This document shows, piece by piece, positions 1-13,898 of a stretch of DNA of 64,000 nt (position 1 is its first letter; every line of letters starts with the position of its first letter). The notes under the pieces are model-generated. The model was not told the DNA's origin, did not search any database, and saw nothing but the letters and a program-made list of their open reading frames with translations. Both the position numbers and the translations under genes were made by a program. The stretch lies in NCBI RefSeq assembly GCF_006345805.1, contig NC_043003.1:106454001-106518000 (forward strand), given 5' to 3'. This DNA comes from Octopus sinensis (lineage: Eukaryota).

Positions 1-2300
1 GTCATGAGAATAGGAATGGCTTGCACTTACTTCAGCTGTGTTCTGAACCTAATTTAAACATTTGTAACACTTTTTAGACATTTGCAAAACCTCTGTAATC
101 TGCACGTTTAGCACAGCTTGGAATGTGACCATAAACTAATATGGATGAGTTCAGATTTGTAAGAAAATTCTCAGGAATAGGGCAAAACTGGTAATGAGAA
201 TTGTTGTGGATATATTGGAAATTGTACAAAACAAGCTCAATGATGTCGGTTTTAATGGAACTTGGAAGAATTTCAAGGATTTAGGCATCAGTATCTTGGG
301 AATCAAAAGAAAGATACACAGAGACTGGCTTGACAATGGTAATGAAATATGCCAGCTGCTGAAGTGGGGGGTGAAACTAATTTCCAAGACTTTATTGGAT
401 CTCAATACAACAAAGTCCATTGAAAACTCCGAGAAGTCATGAAGCAGTGAGAATTAATCTAAAATACTCGAAAGTCACAGATTTCATCAGATGTATTCAA
501 CACAAAGAATTCCAAGGCTTTATATGGTCTTCTTAGACAAGTATTTCGACCTCAGTCATTTTCTGAAGTCCATTTACAATCAAAAGACACTCTTTAAAGA
601 CCAGTTGACATAAAATTCAGGAAAGAACACTTCAAATCTGTTCTTCAGCCCTTCCATGGTTAACATGGAAATAATTACTGGATCTCCACAAAGGGACATG
701 TTCATACACATGAACAATACCTGAATATAGGGAGATTCTGTTAACAATAGCCTTGGTGGAACTCTTGAAAGAAGGGAACAAACTATGGTATTTGACATTA
801 CATAAGATGATGCTTGCTAGGAAGGAACATGGATTCCAGAAAATTACATTGATGGTGCAGGGTGTTCATTCATAAAAATAAAGGACCTAAATATGTGACC
901 ATTTCCATGGTATCACTGTTAGAATCTGTAAAGGGTAAAGTTCTCTTGAGAGTAATTTTAAAGCCTCTTATGCAAGACATTTGTCCTTTAATTTTACCAA
1001 AAACTCAATCTTGCTTCTGAGAGGGTAGATGGACAATGGACAAGGGTTTTCTTGGCCAGTCAACTTCAGGAGAAGCATATTGGACATAAATTATTATTCC
1101 TTCAATATTTAAGAGATGGATGGATGTTTATCATTCATCTTAGGGGCATTTTAATTGAGTTGTAGAGAAAGCTTTTCTTCTGCCTCATCAATTGAATTCC
1201 AAACTTTTTTGTGTTGAAGAGAGATTACTGAATATTTCATCTTTGTTTAGAGAAAGTCAGTTTGACAGAATCCGTCCCTTTCTAGGTTATGTCCTTACAT
1301 TGCAAACTAAGAGAGATTTTACTGATGCATGGCTGTGTGGTTAGGGAGCTTGCTTCCTAGCTACATGGTTTCGGGTTCAGTCCCACTGCGTGGCACTTTG
1401 GGTAGGTGTCTTCCACTATAGCCCTGAGCCGACCGAAGCTTTGTGATTGAATTCGGCAGGCGGAAGTTACTGCCGTGTGTGTATATGTGCGTGTAGGTGC
1501 TTGTGCCTCTCTGAAAGAGAGAGAGAGGATATGGAATACGAAGGGGAAACTGCAAGGGAACAAAAATGCTGCCAATTCCAGTGGGAAGAGGAAAAAAAAA
1601 AGAAGACTGTGGCTGAATTAAATCAACATAGTACCTGATGTCTTCATAAATTCTAATGCTGTCTTTGAGCCGTTGCCATTCTTCTAGATTTATTTAGTGG
1701 TCGAGTGAGTGCTATTAGCTGAATAATTGAATCAGAGGGAAATGAGAGTAACAGATCAGAAAACTTACACAAATTGGGAATCAAATGAGGAAATATTATT
1801 TAGTGACTAACTGAAAAAAAGCATCGTGGGATGAAGTTTCTGCTAGTTTAATTTAATGAATTCAAAACATCTAGACCCAATGTCATGTCTATGCAAATAT
1901 TAACCAATTATGTGCTAGAATGGTATTTCTGGTGATATATTTTATGGAGTATCAATCTCATACTCCCAGCCTCTCTCAAAGTGGGGGAACTTTACATCAC
2001 AATCGAAGAACTATTTTTCATATTTTGAAGAATGGCAGTGTAACCATGGATAACAAAGTTTTAGAATAATGGTGTTGGAAGAATTTTGAAGAAAGGATTT
2101 CTTCATAAAGGACATGTCACTGGAAAAAGTTTTTATTTAGGGTATTGTTTAAACTGGACTTGATATAGTTTCATTTGGAAGGGAAATTCAAAACATAGAA
2201 GCAAAAAGAAAAGTTTTATTAAGTAGGAAGGAAGATAAACTGATCCGAGTAACAAGGAAATGTCTATGATCTGTCTACAGACAAAGAATCAGTAGATACT
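1..2300 (+). mobile_element. Decayed RTE-clade LINE ORF (reverse transcriptase region)
   Basis: Remnant motifs in order: RKIHRDWLDNGNEI (RTE DWFDEN-like, ORF 194-442), ELLKEG (~760), KNKG (~880), GKVLLRVIL (~940), LPKTQSCF*EGR (~1000), QLQEKH (~1060). Many stops and frameshifts; interrupted by a SINE. Confidence 0.75.
1326..1500 (+). mobile_element. tRNA-derived SINE family A, 5' part
   Basis: Matches the head of the ~390-bp SINE repeated throughout the window (TGGCTGTGTGG ... GGTTCAGTCCC A/B boxes). Confidence 0.75.
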
Positions 2301-2403
2301 CGATGTGTGCTCAGAGGAAATAACAGACACACATGAGGAATGAGAAGCAGGCTAACAGAGAAGGTAAATTTTATATGCATTGGGGCAATAAGCACTAAAA
2401 GCA

Positions 2404-2675
2404 CTCATCATCATTGACTTCATTTAATGCCTACTTTCCATGTTGGCATGGGTTGGATGGTTTGAGTGAGGGCTGGCAAGCCAGAAGGCTGCACCAGGCT
2501 CTAATCTGATCTGGCAAAGTTTCTACAGCTGGGTATCCTTCCTAATGCCAACCAGTCTGAGAGTGTAGTGGGTGCTTTTTTTACGTACCACCGGCACGAG
2601 GGCCAGTCAGGTGGTACTGGCATCAGCCACTCTTGAATGGTGCTTTTTTTACATGCCACCAGCACAGGAGCCAGT
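2404..2675 (-). mobile_element. RTE-type LINE 3'-end repeat (family C)
   Basis: Starts with (CAT)n, i.e. a (GAT)n tail on the minus strand, then CCATGYTRGCATGGGTTGG ... TTTCTACAGCTGG shared with many other copies. Confidence 0.75.
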
Positions 2676-3086
2676 CAATATATCGATTCTCAAATGCCCA
2701 ACTCAAAATAACTGCTGGCTTTCATTCTCTAAGTGATCAAAGTAACAGTGAAAAGTGGAAGTTCTGAAAGTGTGATAAGAAGAATAAGAAAAAGCTGGTG
2801 AAAGTTCAGGGAACAATGACCTCCACTGGCAACCAAGGACTGATCCTTTTAAGTTGAGGGCACATTATATGATACCTGTGGGCAAAGCACACTGCTGTAT
2901 AACAGTGGGACATGGGCCTTAACTGCAGAGGTATCAAAGATGAGAAAGAAATAAGGCAAGTCTGCTTTGTTGGATGTACCATGCTAGTATAAATGAATAA
3001 CAAGGTATAAATGGAGAGAGGAATGAAGTAGAAAGGGGAAACGGATGTAGCATGCAAGGGAGGCAGCTGCAATGGTGTGGGCAGAT

Positions 3087-3255
3087 GGGGGTTAACAGCT
3101 GCACAAGCAGATGGACAGATGGGGGCTAACAGCTGCACAAGCAGATGGGCAGATGGAGGCTAACAGCTGCACAAGCAGATGGAGGCTAACAGCTGCACAA
3201 GCAGATGGGGGCTAACAGCTTCACAAACAGATGGGTGCTAACAGCTGCACAAGCA
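3087..3255. repeat. 26/34-bp minisatellite, 6 copies (GGRGGCTAACAGCTGCACAAGCAGAT)
   Basis: Units start at 3087, 3121, 3155, 3181, 3207 and 3233. Confidence 0.9.
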
Positions 3256-3454
3256 AGTGCTGTGCATTTAAAGTGAACAGTACAGGTGGGGGAGAGAGAG
3301 AGAGAGAGAGAGAGACTGAAGAAAAGTTGGGATCAAGTGGTGAAAAAGGATCTCAAGATGTTACAGTTGACAAAGGAGGTGACATGAGTGCTGTGTTGAC
3401 AGGTGACACTCAACACTGTAGAAGACCCAATGTATTATGAAAGTGACATATACA

Positions 3455-3830
3455 GGCATGGCAACATGGTAAGAAGTTTGCTTCCCAACCACATGGTTCC
3501 AGGTTCAGTCCCATTGCATGGCACCTTGGGCAAGTGTCTTCTATGATAGCCTTGGGCTGACCAAAGCCTTGTGTGTGTGGATTTAGTAGTTGGAAACTGA
3601 AAAAAGTGACATATATGTGTGTGTGTGTGTGCCCTCCCTTACCTCCATCACTTGACAACTGGTGTTGGTGTGTTTATGTCCCTGTAACTTAGCAGTTTGG
3701 CCGCAGAGACTGATAGAATAAGTACCAGGTTTCTAAAAAAAAAATTCTGGGATTGATTCATTTGATTAAAAATTCCTCGAGGCAGTGCCCCAGCATGGCC
3801 ACAGTCTAAAGACAGAAAGAAATGAAAGCA
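3455..3830 (+). mobile_element. SINE family A, older diverged copy
   Basis: Collinear with the younger copies at 30405 and 35055. Confidence 0.75.
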
Positions 3831-4004
3831 AGTGAGATGTGTAGCATCCACTTGTTGATGGGTAGGATGGAGATGCAAATTTATCTAACCTATTTCCAAA
3901 GAAGAAAAACAACTGATAAACCAAAAGTATTGGCATTGAGGAATTACTGGAAACAGTTCTTGGATTATGTCTATTACGAACCCCCACCCCACCTCCCTGC
4001 CACG

Positions 4005-4260
4005 CAGCTTTCAGTGTGTTAAACTGAAACTGAGGCTGACAGAAACTGTGACGAAGCTCGTTGGATGAACAAGTAAGTGAAATTCAGAGCTCTAGTCTGA
4101 TGACACATTGTGTGGAGCTGTTCTAGTCTTGGAATTAAGTTAAAGACATACACACATGTCTGTGGGATACTCAACCACTTACACAGTAATTTAACAAATA
4201 GTGTTCAGCAGAATGAACATCAGTTCATTGTTGAAACCAATCGAGGATCCATCATCATGT
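4005..4260 (+). repeat. Direct duplicate of 9606-9867
   Basis: ~256 bp, near-identical by eye apart from a few substitutions and small indels. Confidence 0.92.
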
Positions 4261-5011
4261 AAGTATCTAGCTACACACACACACAGAGGCATATATTGAG
4301 GATCCGGGCGTAGGAGTGGCTGTGTGGTAAGTGGCTTGCTTACGAACCACATGGTTCCAGGTTCAGTCCTACTGCATGGTACCTTGGGCAAGTGTCTTCT
4401 ACTATAGCCTCGGGCCGACCAAAGCCTTGTGAGTGGATTTGGTAGATAGAAACTGAAAGAAGCCCGTCGTATATATATATGTATATACATGTGAATATAT
4501 GTTTGTGTGTCTGTGTTTGTCTCTCCCACATCGCTTGACAACCAATGCTGGTGTTTTTACGTCCTTGTAACTTAGCGGTTCGGCAAATGTGCCCAATAGA
4601 ATAAGTACTGGGCTTACAAAGAATAAAGTCCTGGGATCGATTTGCTCGACTAAAGGCGGTGCTCCAGCATGGCCACAGTCAAATGACTGAAACACGTAAA
4701 AGAGAGTAAAGAGTATAGCACTGTCTCAATGTTTCTTCCCCTGTCTATACTCAGAGTATGCATACTCACATATCATGTCATTGGTGTATGCAATCCATCT
4801 TAAACTACAACCATACATGTATGTCCCCCCATATTGTCAATATGCTGATGCAATCCCACCTCACCTCTCCCTTTGGGTTTTTTTTTTATCGTTTTAGTTT
4901 TCTTCCTCACACTGCTCCCCCCTTCTCTCTCTCTCTCATTTATTCTGTCTTCAACCTGAGGATTCGTTCAATTCTTATTGGTCAACAATTTAATTTCTCA
5001 ACCAAAATTGT
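4257..5011 (-). repeat. Inverted duplicate of 11201-11567, split by a SINE
   Basis: 4257-4305 and 4719-5011 are reverse complements of 11510-11567 and 11201-11499. Confidence 0.9.
4306..4713 (+). mobile_element. SINE family A, full length
   Basis: GGCGTAGGAGTGGCTGTGTGG head through to the GTAAAAGAG-type tail. Confidence 0.88.
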
Positions 5012-5140
5012 TTATTACTAAAACTATTAGTTCTTCAATTTGATATCAGTATTTCTTACCGCTAGGTTTGTTTTCTGTAAACTTCTTATCCAAGATTACC
5101 CAGCTAATTCCTCTGTTTATGATGTCGATAATTCTTTTCT

Positions 5141-5369
5141 TTAACCCTTTAGTGTTCACATTATTCTGCCAAAATTAATGCTTCTTCATCCACATTGTTT
5201 TGAACTAATCATTCATCATCTTGTAGCCATGAGATTTTGATGAGGTAGCTGTTAATTTTTAAAACAATATTGTAGGGTTGGTGTGAGAGACCAGATCTGG
5301 CCAGTTTGAACATAAAACAGGCAGAATACTTCTGGCCGGATATGGCTGGTTTAAATGCTAAAGGGTTAA
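5141..5369. mobile_element. piggyBac-type MITE (family 1) with TTAA TSD
   Basis: TTAA-CCCTTTAG ... CTAAAGGG-TTAA. Confidence 0.82.
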
Positions 5370-5449
5370 TGCCTTTTCACATCAATTGTTGAAGAAAGAA
5401 TTTATTTATTTCTCTAAAACTTATTTTTTTAATATGTATGAAAAGAATG

Positions 5450-5482
<33 letters not shown>

Positions 5483-7135
5483 TATCAGGAAATTCTTTAA
5501 GACTATTCCTCTATTCTATAAAAGAACTACTGTTCTCTTGTAATATTGTCACTAAAATATTCCCAGAACTTCGAAAGGAATCAACAGATAATGATGGAGG
5601 CATCTCATTTTATTTATACATTTATTATTAGAAAAGATGTCAAGAAATTGTGAAATGGCCCTCAAATTGAACCAAAATGAAACGCTGACCAACTGAAATT
5701 ATCTTGAAAATCTTTTTCTGCCTTTTCTGCTAATTCTAAAAGCAATTATTATCGCAACAACCAAAGTTTCATTACCTCCTCATCCACCACCACAACCTCC
5801 TCTTTTTCATGCATACAAGCAACATCTAAAATACAATTTGTTGTTTTTCTTTCTTTTTATTATTGCGTTTAATTAACCACACCCCTACTTACTTTATACA
5901 GAAAAAAGTTTATATAATTAATTGGTGGAAAAAAATAAATTATACATAAAAACAACCTAAAAATACATGCAAATTTGTTTTGAAAGATCTAATATTCACA
6001 TGGAGTAAATAAAAGATTAGGGTTTTTATTTAAAACAAAAGTAAAATTTAATTGTGGCCATAGTCACTCAACAAAGCAGTCATTGTTGATTAAAAAAAAT
6101 TCAAATTTAAAAAAAAAAGGCAAAGTAATAATGATGATTATGATGATAATGATGATGATGATGATGAACACACTTCTGAATACTCGACAGGTTGGCAATA
6201 TTCTTCTGTCAATGATTTCACTAAAGGACTAAAATATCGATGGTGGAAATTTGATAGTCCTCTTTAGATAAAGGGCCGTGTTCAGACAATATGTCCATCA
6301 TATCCACAACAAGGGAGAATGGCTTAAATTTCAACTGTTAAAAAAAAATTAAATTAAAAAAAAAAAAAAAAATCATGCTTGTCCAAATCTTTTGGAAAAG
6401 ATTAGGTTAAATCTTTTAGCAAGAAGGATTAATAACAAATCAGATAAAACTGGTCAGTTGAATGCATTTCAAAGAGGGTTATCATATATTTTTTTTTTGT
6501 TTGTTTGTTTAGTTTTCTGAAATGAAAAATAAAAAAATAATAGACATATTTAGATATAAAAAGAATTTCTTTTAAAGACGTTTTATACAAGACAAGACAA
6601 GCGGATTAAATACACAAATTTTATAAAACCGAACCAGCAGAAGGCAGGGATGTGTTTGTTGTTCTTTCAAGTCAGTATTCAGCCTTTTTTTTTTTCCAAC
6701 TGCAGCTGTAACTGTTAAAAATGCTCAGAGACAGGAATAATAGACCAGGACCCAAGTGTTGATGGTTTCGGTATTCATATTTAACATTTTTCTTTTTTTT
6801 TCCTTTTTTTTTTTACCTTGTGTCGATTCTGCTTTTATATAATTAGAGGCAATGCTACCTGTATTTCACTATCACAACCCACCTATCCATTCAAAGGGAT
6901 TTGAATTAGTAAAATCTGCTTACTGCAGCTAACATTTAGCTGCACCATTATTTTAGTTTGTTTCTTTTTGGGGTTTTTTTTTTGTTTTTTTTTTCCTTTT
7001 GATCTTCTCAAGTTGACCCACCTTAGTGCAATCTTTTTCAAGAGAGTTCAGTAACATTCAGTTTTCCAGCATTAATTATAGACAAAACTCGTATAATTTC
7101 CAACCATCGACCCTATTGAGAATAAAAATAAATAC

Positions 7136-7170
<35 letters not shown>

Positions 7171-8403
7171 AAAATGGAAAGGAATTCTCTTTGAATAAAT
7201 TTTGTTAGCAGAAAAACTAGGTAAATCTTTAGAAGAGTATTAAATGCCTCCACCTGCGTAGCTAAAGATGATTGAACAGTAACTGATTAGCAAGCGTTAG
7301 TTCCTTTGTTTTTTCACTTGAAATCTTTGTAGCAAGCTTAGACAGCAATATGGTAAGTAAAAAAAAAACTTCATTAATAAAACTATTACATCACATAAAT
7401 GCAGAAACTGCAATTAGCAGTCATTAGAACAAAATATTAGTGAAATATTTAGGAAAGAGAAATTATCAATGTTTCTCATTTTACAGGATGCACATTTTTT
7501 TTATTTATTTATAGAATATATATATATATATACACATATATATATATTTTTTACTTTTCACCACCCACTTTATCAGTTTTGAACAGAGTCATTAAATCCT
7601 AAATAGTATTTAATCCAATGAAAAAAAAAAATGTATCAAGTGGACAAAATGTGCACATCAAAAATAGCAAATACAAACTTTACACCGATTATACACAAAG
7701 TTTGGTTTCGGAATTAGTCCATAAACTTCAAAAGGTTTTCTTTAGAAATAAATAAAGGAATAAATACTATAAAAACGTTTTCCAAGTAGAAAACAAATTG
7801 AATCAACAGTTGCTTTGGCAATTTTAGGATGGAATTAGATTTCTTTGTATAGCAATATCTGATTTGATAAATGAAGAAATATATTTTCATGGAGAAATGG
7901 AATTTTTATTCTAGCACAGATAAATTGTATGAAAATATATATGTTGTACCTACTTTGACTTCATAAGAGAAGAAAATAACAGATTTTATACTGAATAGAA
8001 ATATAGCATTCATAAATACATCAAAGTTCTGACATGGCCTGATAGAATAGTTTTATATTACACATAATATGACAAACATGTAGCATGTGTAAGTCTTCAT
8101 TTACATGGTTATGGAAATCTAGAACCAGAATCTCTAAGACAGTCTCTAAGACACTGAAGTTGAAATTTAAGAAAAAACAAATTGAAATGTAGAGAGAAGA
8201 GAACATGCTTTTAAAGTCTGTTAGGATAATTAACACACTAATCAACTTGGTTTCTTTAGTTGAATTATTAATTCACTATTCTTTGTAATTAGGAATTGGG
8301 TGGAATAATAAGAAAGACTCTCAAAAAGCCCAAAGCCAACTTGAGAAATCTCAACAAAGAAATAACTAGGTTAGTTTGGTTTACAGACATGGAATATTTG
8401 ATA

Positions 8404-8452
8404 GGGAATCCTTTGGAATTACCATATTGGGAATCCTTTGGAATTACCATAT
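8404..8452. repeat. 25-bp tandem duplication
   Basis: GGGAATCCTTTGGAATTACCATAT twice in tandem. Confidence 0.9.
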
Positions 8453-11400
8453 CTCTGTAGTTAGAGTGAAGTGCTACACTATCCATTGAAACTAAACTGT
8501 GAGCTTCTGACTCAGTTTTCACCTGAAGAGGATGAAGTGGTAATCCACGTTGCAAAGTACATTAAGCCTCTCTATACATTCATTGACAGCCATAAGGTTC
8601 TACAAGAGTATGGCATGAATGAAGAAAATTCAAGAATTCACTACTGTTGCTATATCTTTGAAGACCCTCAACCAAATGTCTTTCTTACCAAGTCTCTCTC
8701 TCTCTCTCTCTCTTTAGGTGTTAGAAACTGATGTAAACATCATAAAAGTTTAAGTCATCAATCTACCTTAAATTTTCAAAAATGCTTAAATCAAATTAAT
8801 TGGATAAAATAAGTGTTTTTCATGAAATAAATCATGAAATAAAGCTGAAGAGCTCAATAACATCAAAATATAGAAACAAAGTAGAAATCAGGTTTGTAGA
8901 GACAGCAGCTCATAAATCCGTTAACAGACGAAGTTAACTTCATAAAATTTCTTGCTTGTCAACAAAAGAAAACCTCTCGAAACAGGAAAAAAAAAATTAG
9001 CCATAAGGAAAAGAAAATCAGGTTTGTTTCTTGCTTTCTTAATAAAATAGCAACTCAATAATTATTTGTGAATAAATAAATTCATAAAGCAGATATTCTC
9101 TTCTATCAACACAACAATGACAAAATCGTAATACTAACTTGCAATATAATGCCAATTGTGAAGAGGAATTTAACTGTGATTCATCTAAAATATGTGAAGA
9201 GGATTGGCGAGTCAAGAATCAAGAAGGTTTTATTAATTTTTTTGTTGTTTGGATAAACTAGAAATATAAACACTGGACAAAAATTCAATAAATTCTTAAC
9301 CAACAACCAATAAAATTTACCTGAAAAGCTAAGTGAGACATATTAGTGTATGAAGGGAAGAGATATTTAACATTTTAGACAAAAAGGCAAAAAAAAAAAA
9401 AAAGGCCTTGTCCACAAAATTAGATATTTCTTCAAATAGGACGTTAACATAACTGACACTTTTTTCAGAATTTTTCCTTGTTGACACAAACACACCACCT
9501 GTAGTCTCCTTGAATTCCGACGATTCTGTCTAAAAAGTTATAGACTATAATTCAATAATATAGAGGAACACACACACACACACACACAAACATTTAAATA
9601 GCACTCAGCTTTCAGTGTGTCTGTGTGTTAAACTGAAACTGAGGCTGACAGAAACTGTGATGAAGCTCGTTGGATGAACAAGTAAGTGAAATTCAGAGCT
9701 CCAGCCTGATGACACATTGTGTGGAGCTGTTCTAGTCTTGGAATTAAGTTAAAGACATACACACGTCTGTGGAATACTCAACCACTTACACAGTAATTTA
9801 ACAAATAGTGTTCAGCAGAGTGAACATCAGTTCATTGTTGAAACCAATCGAGGATCCATCATCATGTTTACATAGAATGTCGAGTTTTGAGGTATCATGA
9901 GGCACTGTGTCTTTGTGCTTGTATGAGGTTCAGCTTTTTCAATTGTGTGTCCCCATGATTGGCCGGGACTGCAGCTATGATTAAAACCAGTCACAAGACT
10001 CACAGTAATGTAGCAAGCAGATAACAAAAGGACAAATCACATCCACAAGTGACGCTAATTTCTACCGATTCCAACCAATTATAAAAATAATTTTTGAAAG
10101 ACTACGACAAAAAGTAAACTCATTCTGCACCAGAATAATACAGCAAAATACTTAGAAATATCTTCAAACATCTACTATTGGTTTTAATTTTTAAACTTTC
10201 TTCAAGCAAAGAGATATTCTATCACCTCTCAGTGACATCATGATTTCTCTAGCTGCCAATGTTTAGACATCCATCATCATCATCATCATCATCTACTCCT
10301 AAAATGGCTGCAGTCAACACAAACCTTCTCAAGGAGTGAAATATTTAGAATGAAATATCCATGTAAAAACTTCCATTAGTGTCTGTTGTCTGCTGGGCAG
10401 AAATACACTCGGCCGAAAGCAGTTATCTGCCTGTTATTTGATATAATATCAATTGCACAATATATTTGCCATACGACAACTGTTGAAACAAAATGAATTG
10501 TGATTAAAAAAAAAATAGAAAAGAAAGAAGTCACAGGTCATAAGAAATGTCAGATGGATAAAATATTAAATTCTTTAAATTTTAATGACGATTCATTTAA
10601 GAGAAAACTCAAATCCAAGAAAGTAAAAAAAAAAATTACATTTTTTTTTACCTTTTTTCATTTTTAGTAGGTTCAAAATTGTTTTATTTAATGCTGTTAA
10701 GTCTTTTAATCAGAATTTCAAATAATTACAAGTTGTATAATGAGAGGAGATAAGTATTAAAATAAAAAATAAAATAAAATAAAAACAAATAAAAAATAAT
10801 CAGTGTGGAAGAGATAAGAGTCTTCAATGAAATGAAGAGAGCAGGAAAGCAACTTTCAGATCAAACACTTACAGCAGCAGAAATGAAGTAAAATGAAAAT
10901 TCTTCATTCACTGTTAAGCAGTTAAAGATTTCAGAAGGATTTATTCTGGTAGAATTGGATTTTTAAACATTACCAAAAAAAAAAAAAAGAAAAAAAAAAA
11001 AAAAAAAAAAAACAAAAAAAAAAAAAACAACTTGTGAGGGCTAAAGTTTAGATAAAAAATATAAATAAACAAAAAAAATGATAAAAGACATCCAGAGAGA
11101 AAAAAATATTAAAAAAAAATATCAACCTACAAAGGCCATATATGTAGGTGTGAAGTTTGTAGATAAATAATTTGAACCAACAATCACTGCCTTTGAAAAG
11201 ACAATTTTGGTTGAGAAATTAAATTGTTGACCAATAAGAATTGAACGAATCCTCAGGTTGAAGATAGAATAAATGAGAGAGAGAGAGAGAGGGGGGGAGG
11301 AGCAGTGTGAGGAAGAAAAGAACTAAAACGATAGAAAAAAACCCAAGGGGAGAGGTGAGGTGGGATTGCATCAGCATATTGACAACATGGGGGGACATAC

Positions 11401-12713
11401 ATGTATGGTTGTAGTTTAAGATGGATTGCATACACCAATGACATGATATGTGAGTATGCATACTCTGAGAATAGACAGGGGAAGAAACATTGAGACAATG
11501 ATATGTGTAGGATCCTCAACAATATATGCATGTGTGTATGTGTGTGTGTATGGCTAGATACTTACATATACATACACACACACACATACATACATACATA
11601 CATATATATACATAAACACACATGCATACATACACACATAAGATGGCTACAACCCAATTTCGAGTGATGCCATTGCCTGATGGTTCTCTTGAAGAACAGT
11701 AGCGTAAATGTGGCTTTTCAGTCTTGTTAGGAATCAGCACACTTTCGCACAAAAATGGCAACAATAGGCGCCGCCTGCAGCAAGAGTGTTCAGAGAGCTT
11801 ACCACCCACACTGACATCTACCTTCGTTCCATCATGGAATTCTTCATTGAGTGTCTGCCATTTTTTGGCTACAGTCAGCCAAAATATGCAGCAAATAAGA
11901 GAGATGTTAAAAACCAAGCGATGTCTGGACATGAAGCATTTTAAAGTCAGGAAAGGCCTTGCACAGGGCCAATCCCATTCTCTAAACAATGTATGCTTTC
12001 ACCCCTGCTTTGCAAAATCAACTAGTCTACATCATTGGATGCAAACACAGTTGCAGATGTTGCATTACACAAGGTATACATATACAAACATATACACAGT
12101 CACACACGCATACACAACATATACACATACATATACAAGCACATTCATAGGCAAATCTTTATATACACACACACAAACATACATATACATTTATGAATGT
12201 ACAAATATACAAAGTAATTATATATACACGTATACATAGAGACATATACACAAAGATACAAACATATATGCACATACATGACATGCATACAAACATATAT
12301 ACATGTATTAATGCATACAAATGTGTGGGTGTATGTATATATATATATACCATATTTTAACATGTATAAGGAAACCTATTTTTGTCAAAAATATGGGAGT
12401 TTCCTATACATGGATAGTACTGTAATCCCTTACAAAACCATTTTTTCAAATTTTAAGCCCCTAAAATTAGGTGGTTCTTTATAAATGGGGGTTCCTTATA
12501 CACATTAATATACAGTATATACATGCACATGCATTATATACATGTAAATATATATACTAAACAGTATGTATGTATCATCATCATCAACATCTGTTTCTCT
12601 ATGATGGCTTGGGCTTGACTATGTATATGCATACAAACATGTATATAATATATATCTATATATATACTTATGTATATATACATATGTATATATATGTATG
12701 TATGTATGTATAT

Positions 12714-12778
<65 letters not shown>

Positions 12779-13234
12779 GCAGATATGTGTCTGTGTATGT
12801 GTATGTATGAGTGTGTGTGCATATATCAAATCTATAATTATTAGTCAGACAAAATATATTTTGTTTCACCTATAGTTCATCGGGACATTTTGTTGGACTA
12901 ACATTATAGATTAAATGTTTATTCTTTCTCAGACATATCCTTCAGTTTTTTTTAATTCTAGATGGCCCAGCATACATACATGTTTGTGTGTGTATATCTG
13001 TATAAACACAAAAATATATGTACATACACCTATAGATTTATACATATATATATTTATATATACACACACACATACATATATATATGCAGACATACACACA
13101 TATACATACATGAATACATATATATACACATTTGTGTATATAATATATATATAGAGAGAAAGAGAGATAAGGACATATACACACACACACACACAGTCAT
13201 TTATATATACATACATATATATATATGTATACAC

Positions 13235-13383
13235 ATTAATATTTATATCAATATAAATATATCTATGTATATACATTGATATTTATATCAATATAAATAT
13301 ATCTATGTATATACATTGATATTTATATCAATATAAATATATCTATGTATATACATTGATATTTATATCAATATAAATATATC

Positions 13384-13394
<11 letters not shown>
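13235..13394. repeat. 40-bp tandem repeat, 4 copies, with internal palindrome
   Basis: Unit ATTGATATTTATATCAATATAAATATATCTATGTATATAC at period 40. Confidence 0.88.
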
Positions 13395-13425
<31 letters not shown>

Positions 13426-13519
13426 ACATATAGTTATTTTGTATATATATATTATATATATAATATATCTATGTATATATATATATATATATATATATAC
13501 AAACATATAGTTATGTTTG

Positions 13520-13551
<32 letters not shown>

Positions 13552-13602
13552 TATCTATGTATATATATATATAATATATATATACACATATAGTTATGTT
13601 TG

Positions 13603-13659
<57 letters not shown>

Positions 13660-13730
13660 TATATATATATATTTGTGTATATATAGATATATTTGTGTAT
13701 ATATATATATATAATATATATATATATATC

Positions 13731-13771
<41 letters not shown>

Positions 13772-13818
13772 GTATATATATATTGTATATATATAGATAT
13801 ATATATATATATATTATG

Positions 13819-13849
<31 letters not shown>

Positions 13850-13854
13850 ATATG

Positions 13855-13898
<44 letters not shown>

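Noticed and set aside
9706-9740. CTGATGA-CACA-TTG-TGTG-GAGC (also at ~4097) resembling a hammerhead
   Set aside because: GAGC replaces the essential GAAA, and no valid stem III or stem I can be drawn.
11516-12239. 157-aa and 171-aa overlapping ORFs
   Set aside because: They run into CA/TG microsatellite, have no domain signature and no convincing splice partners.
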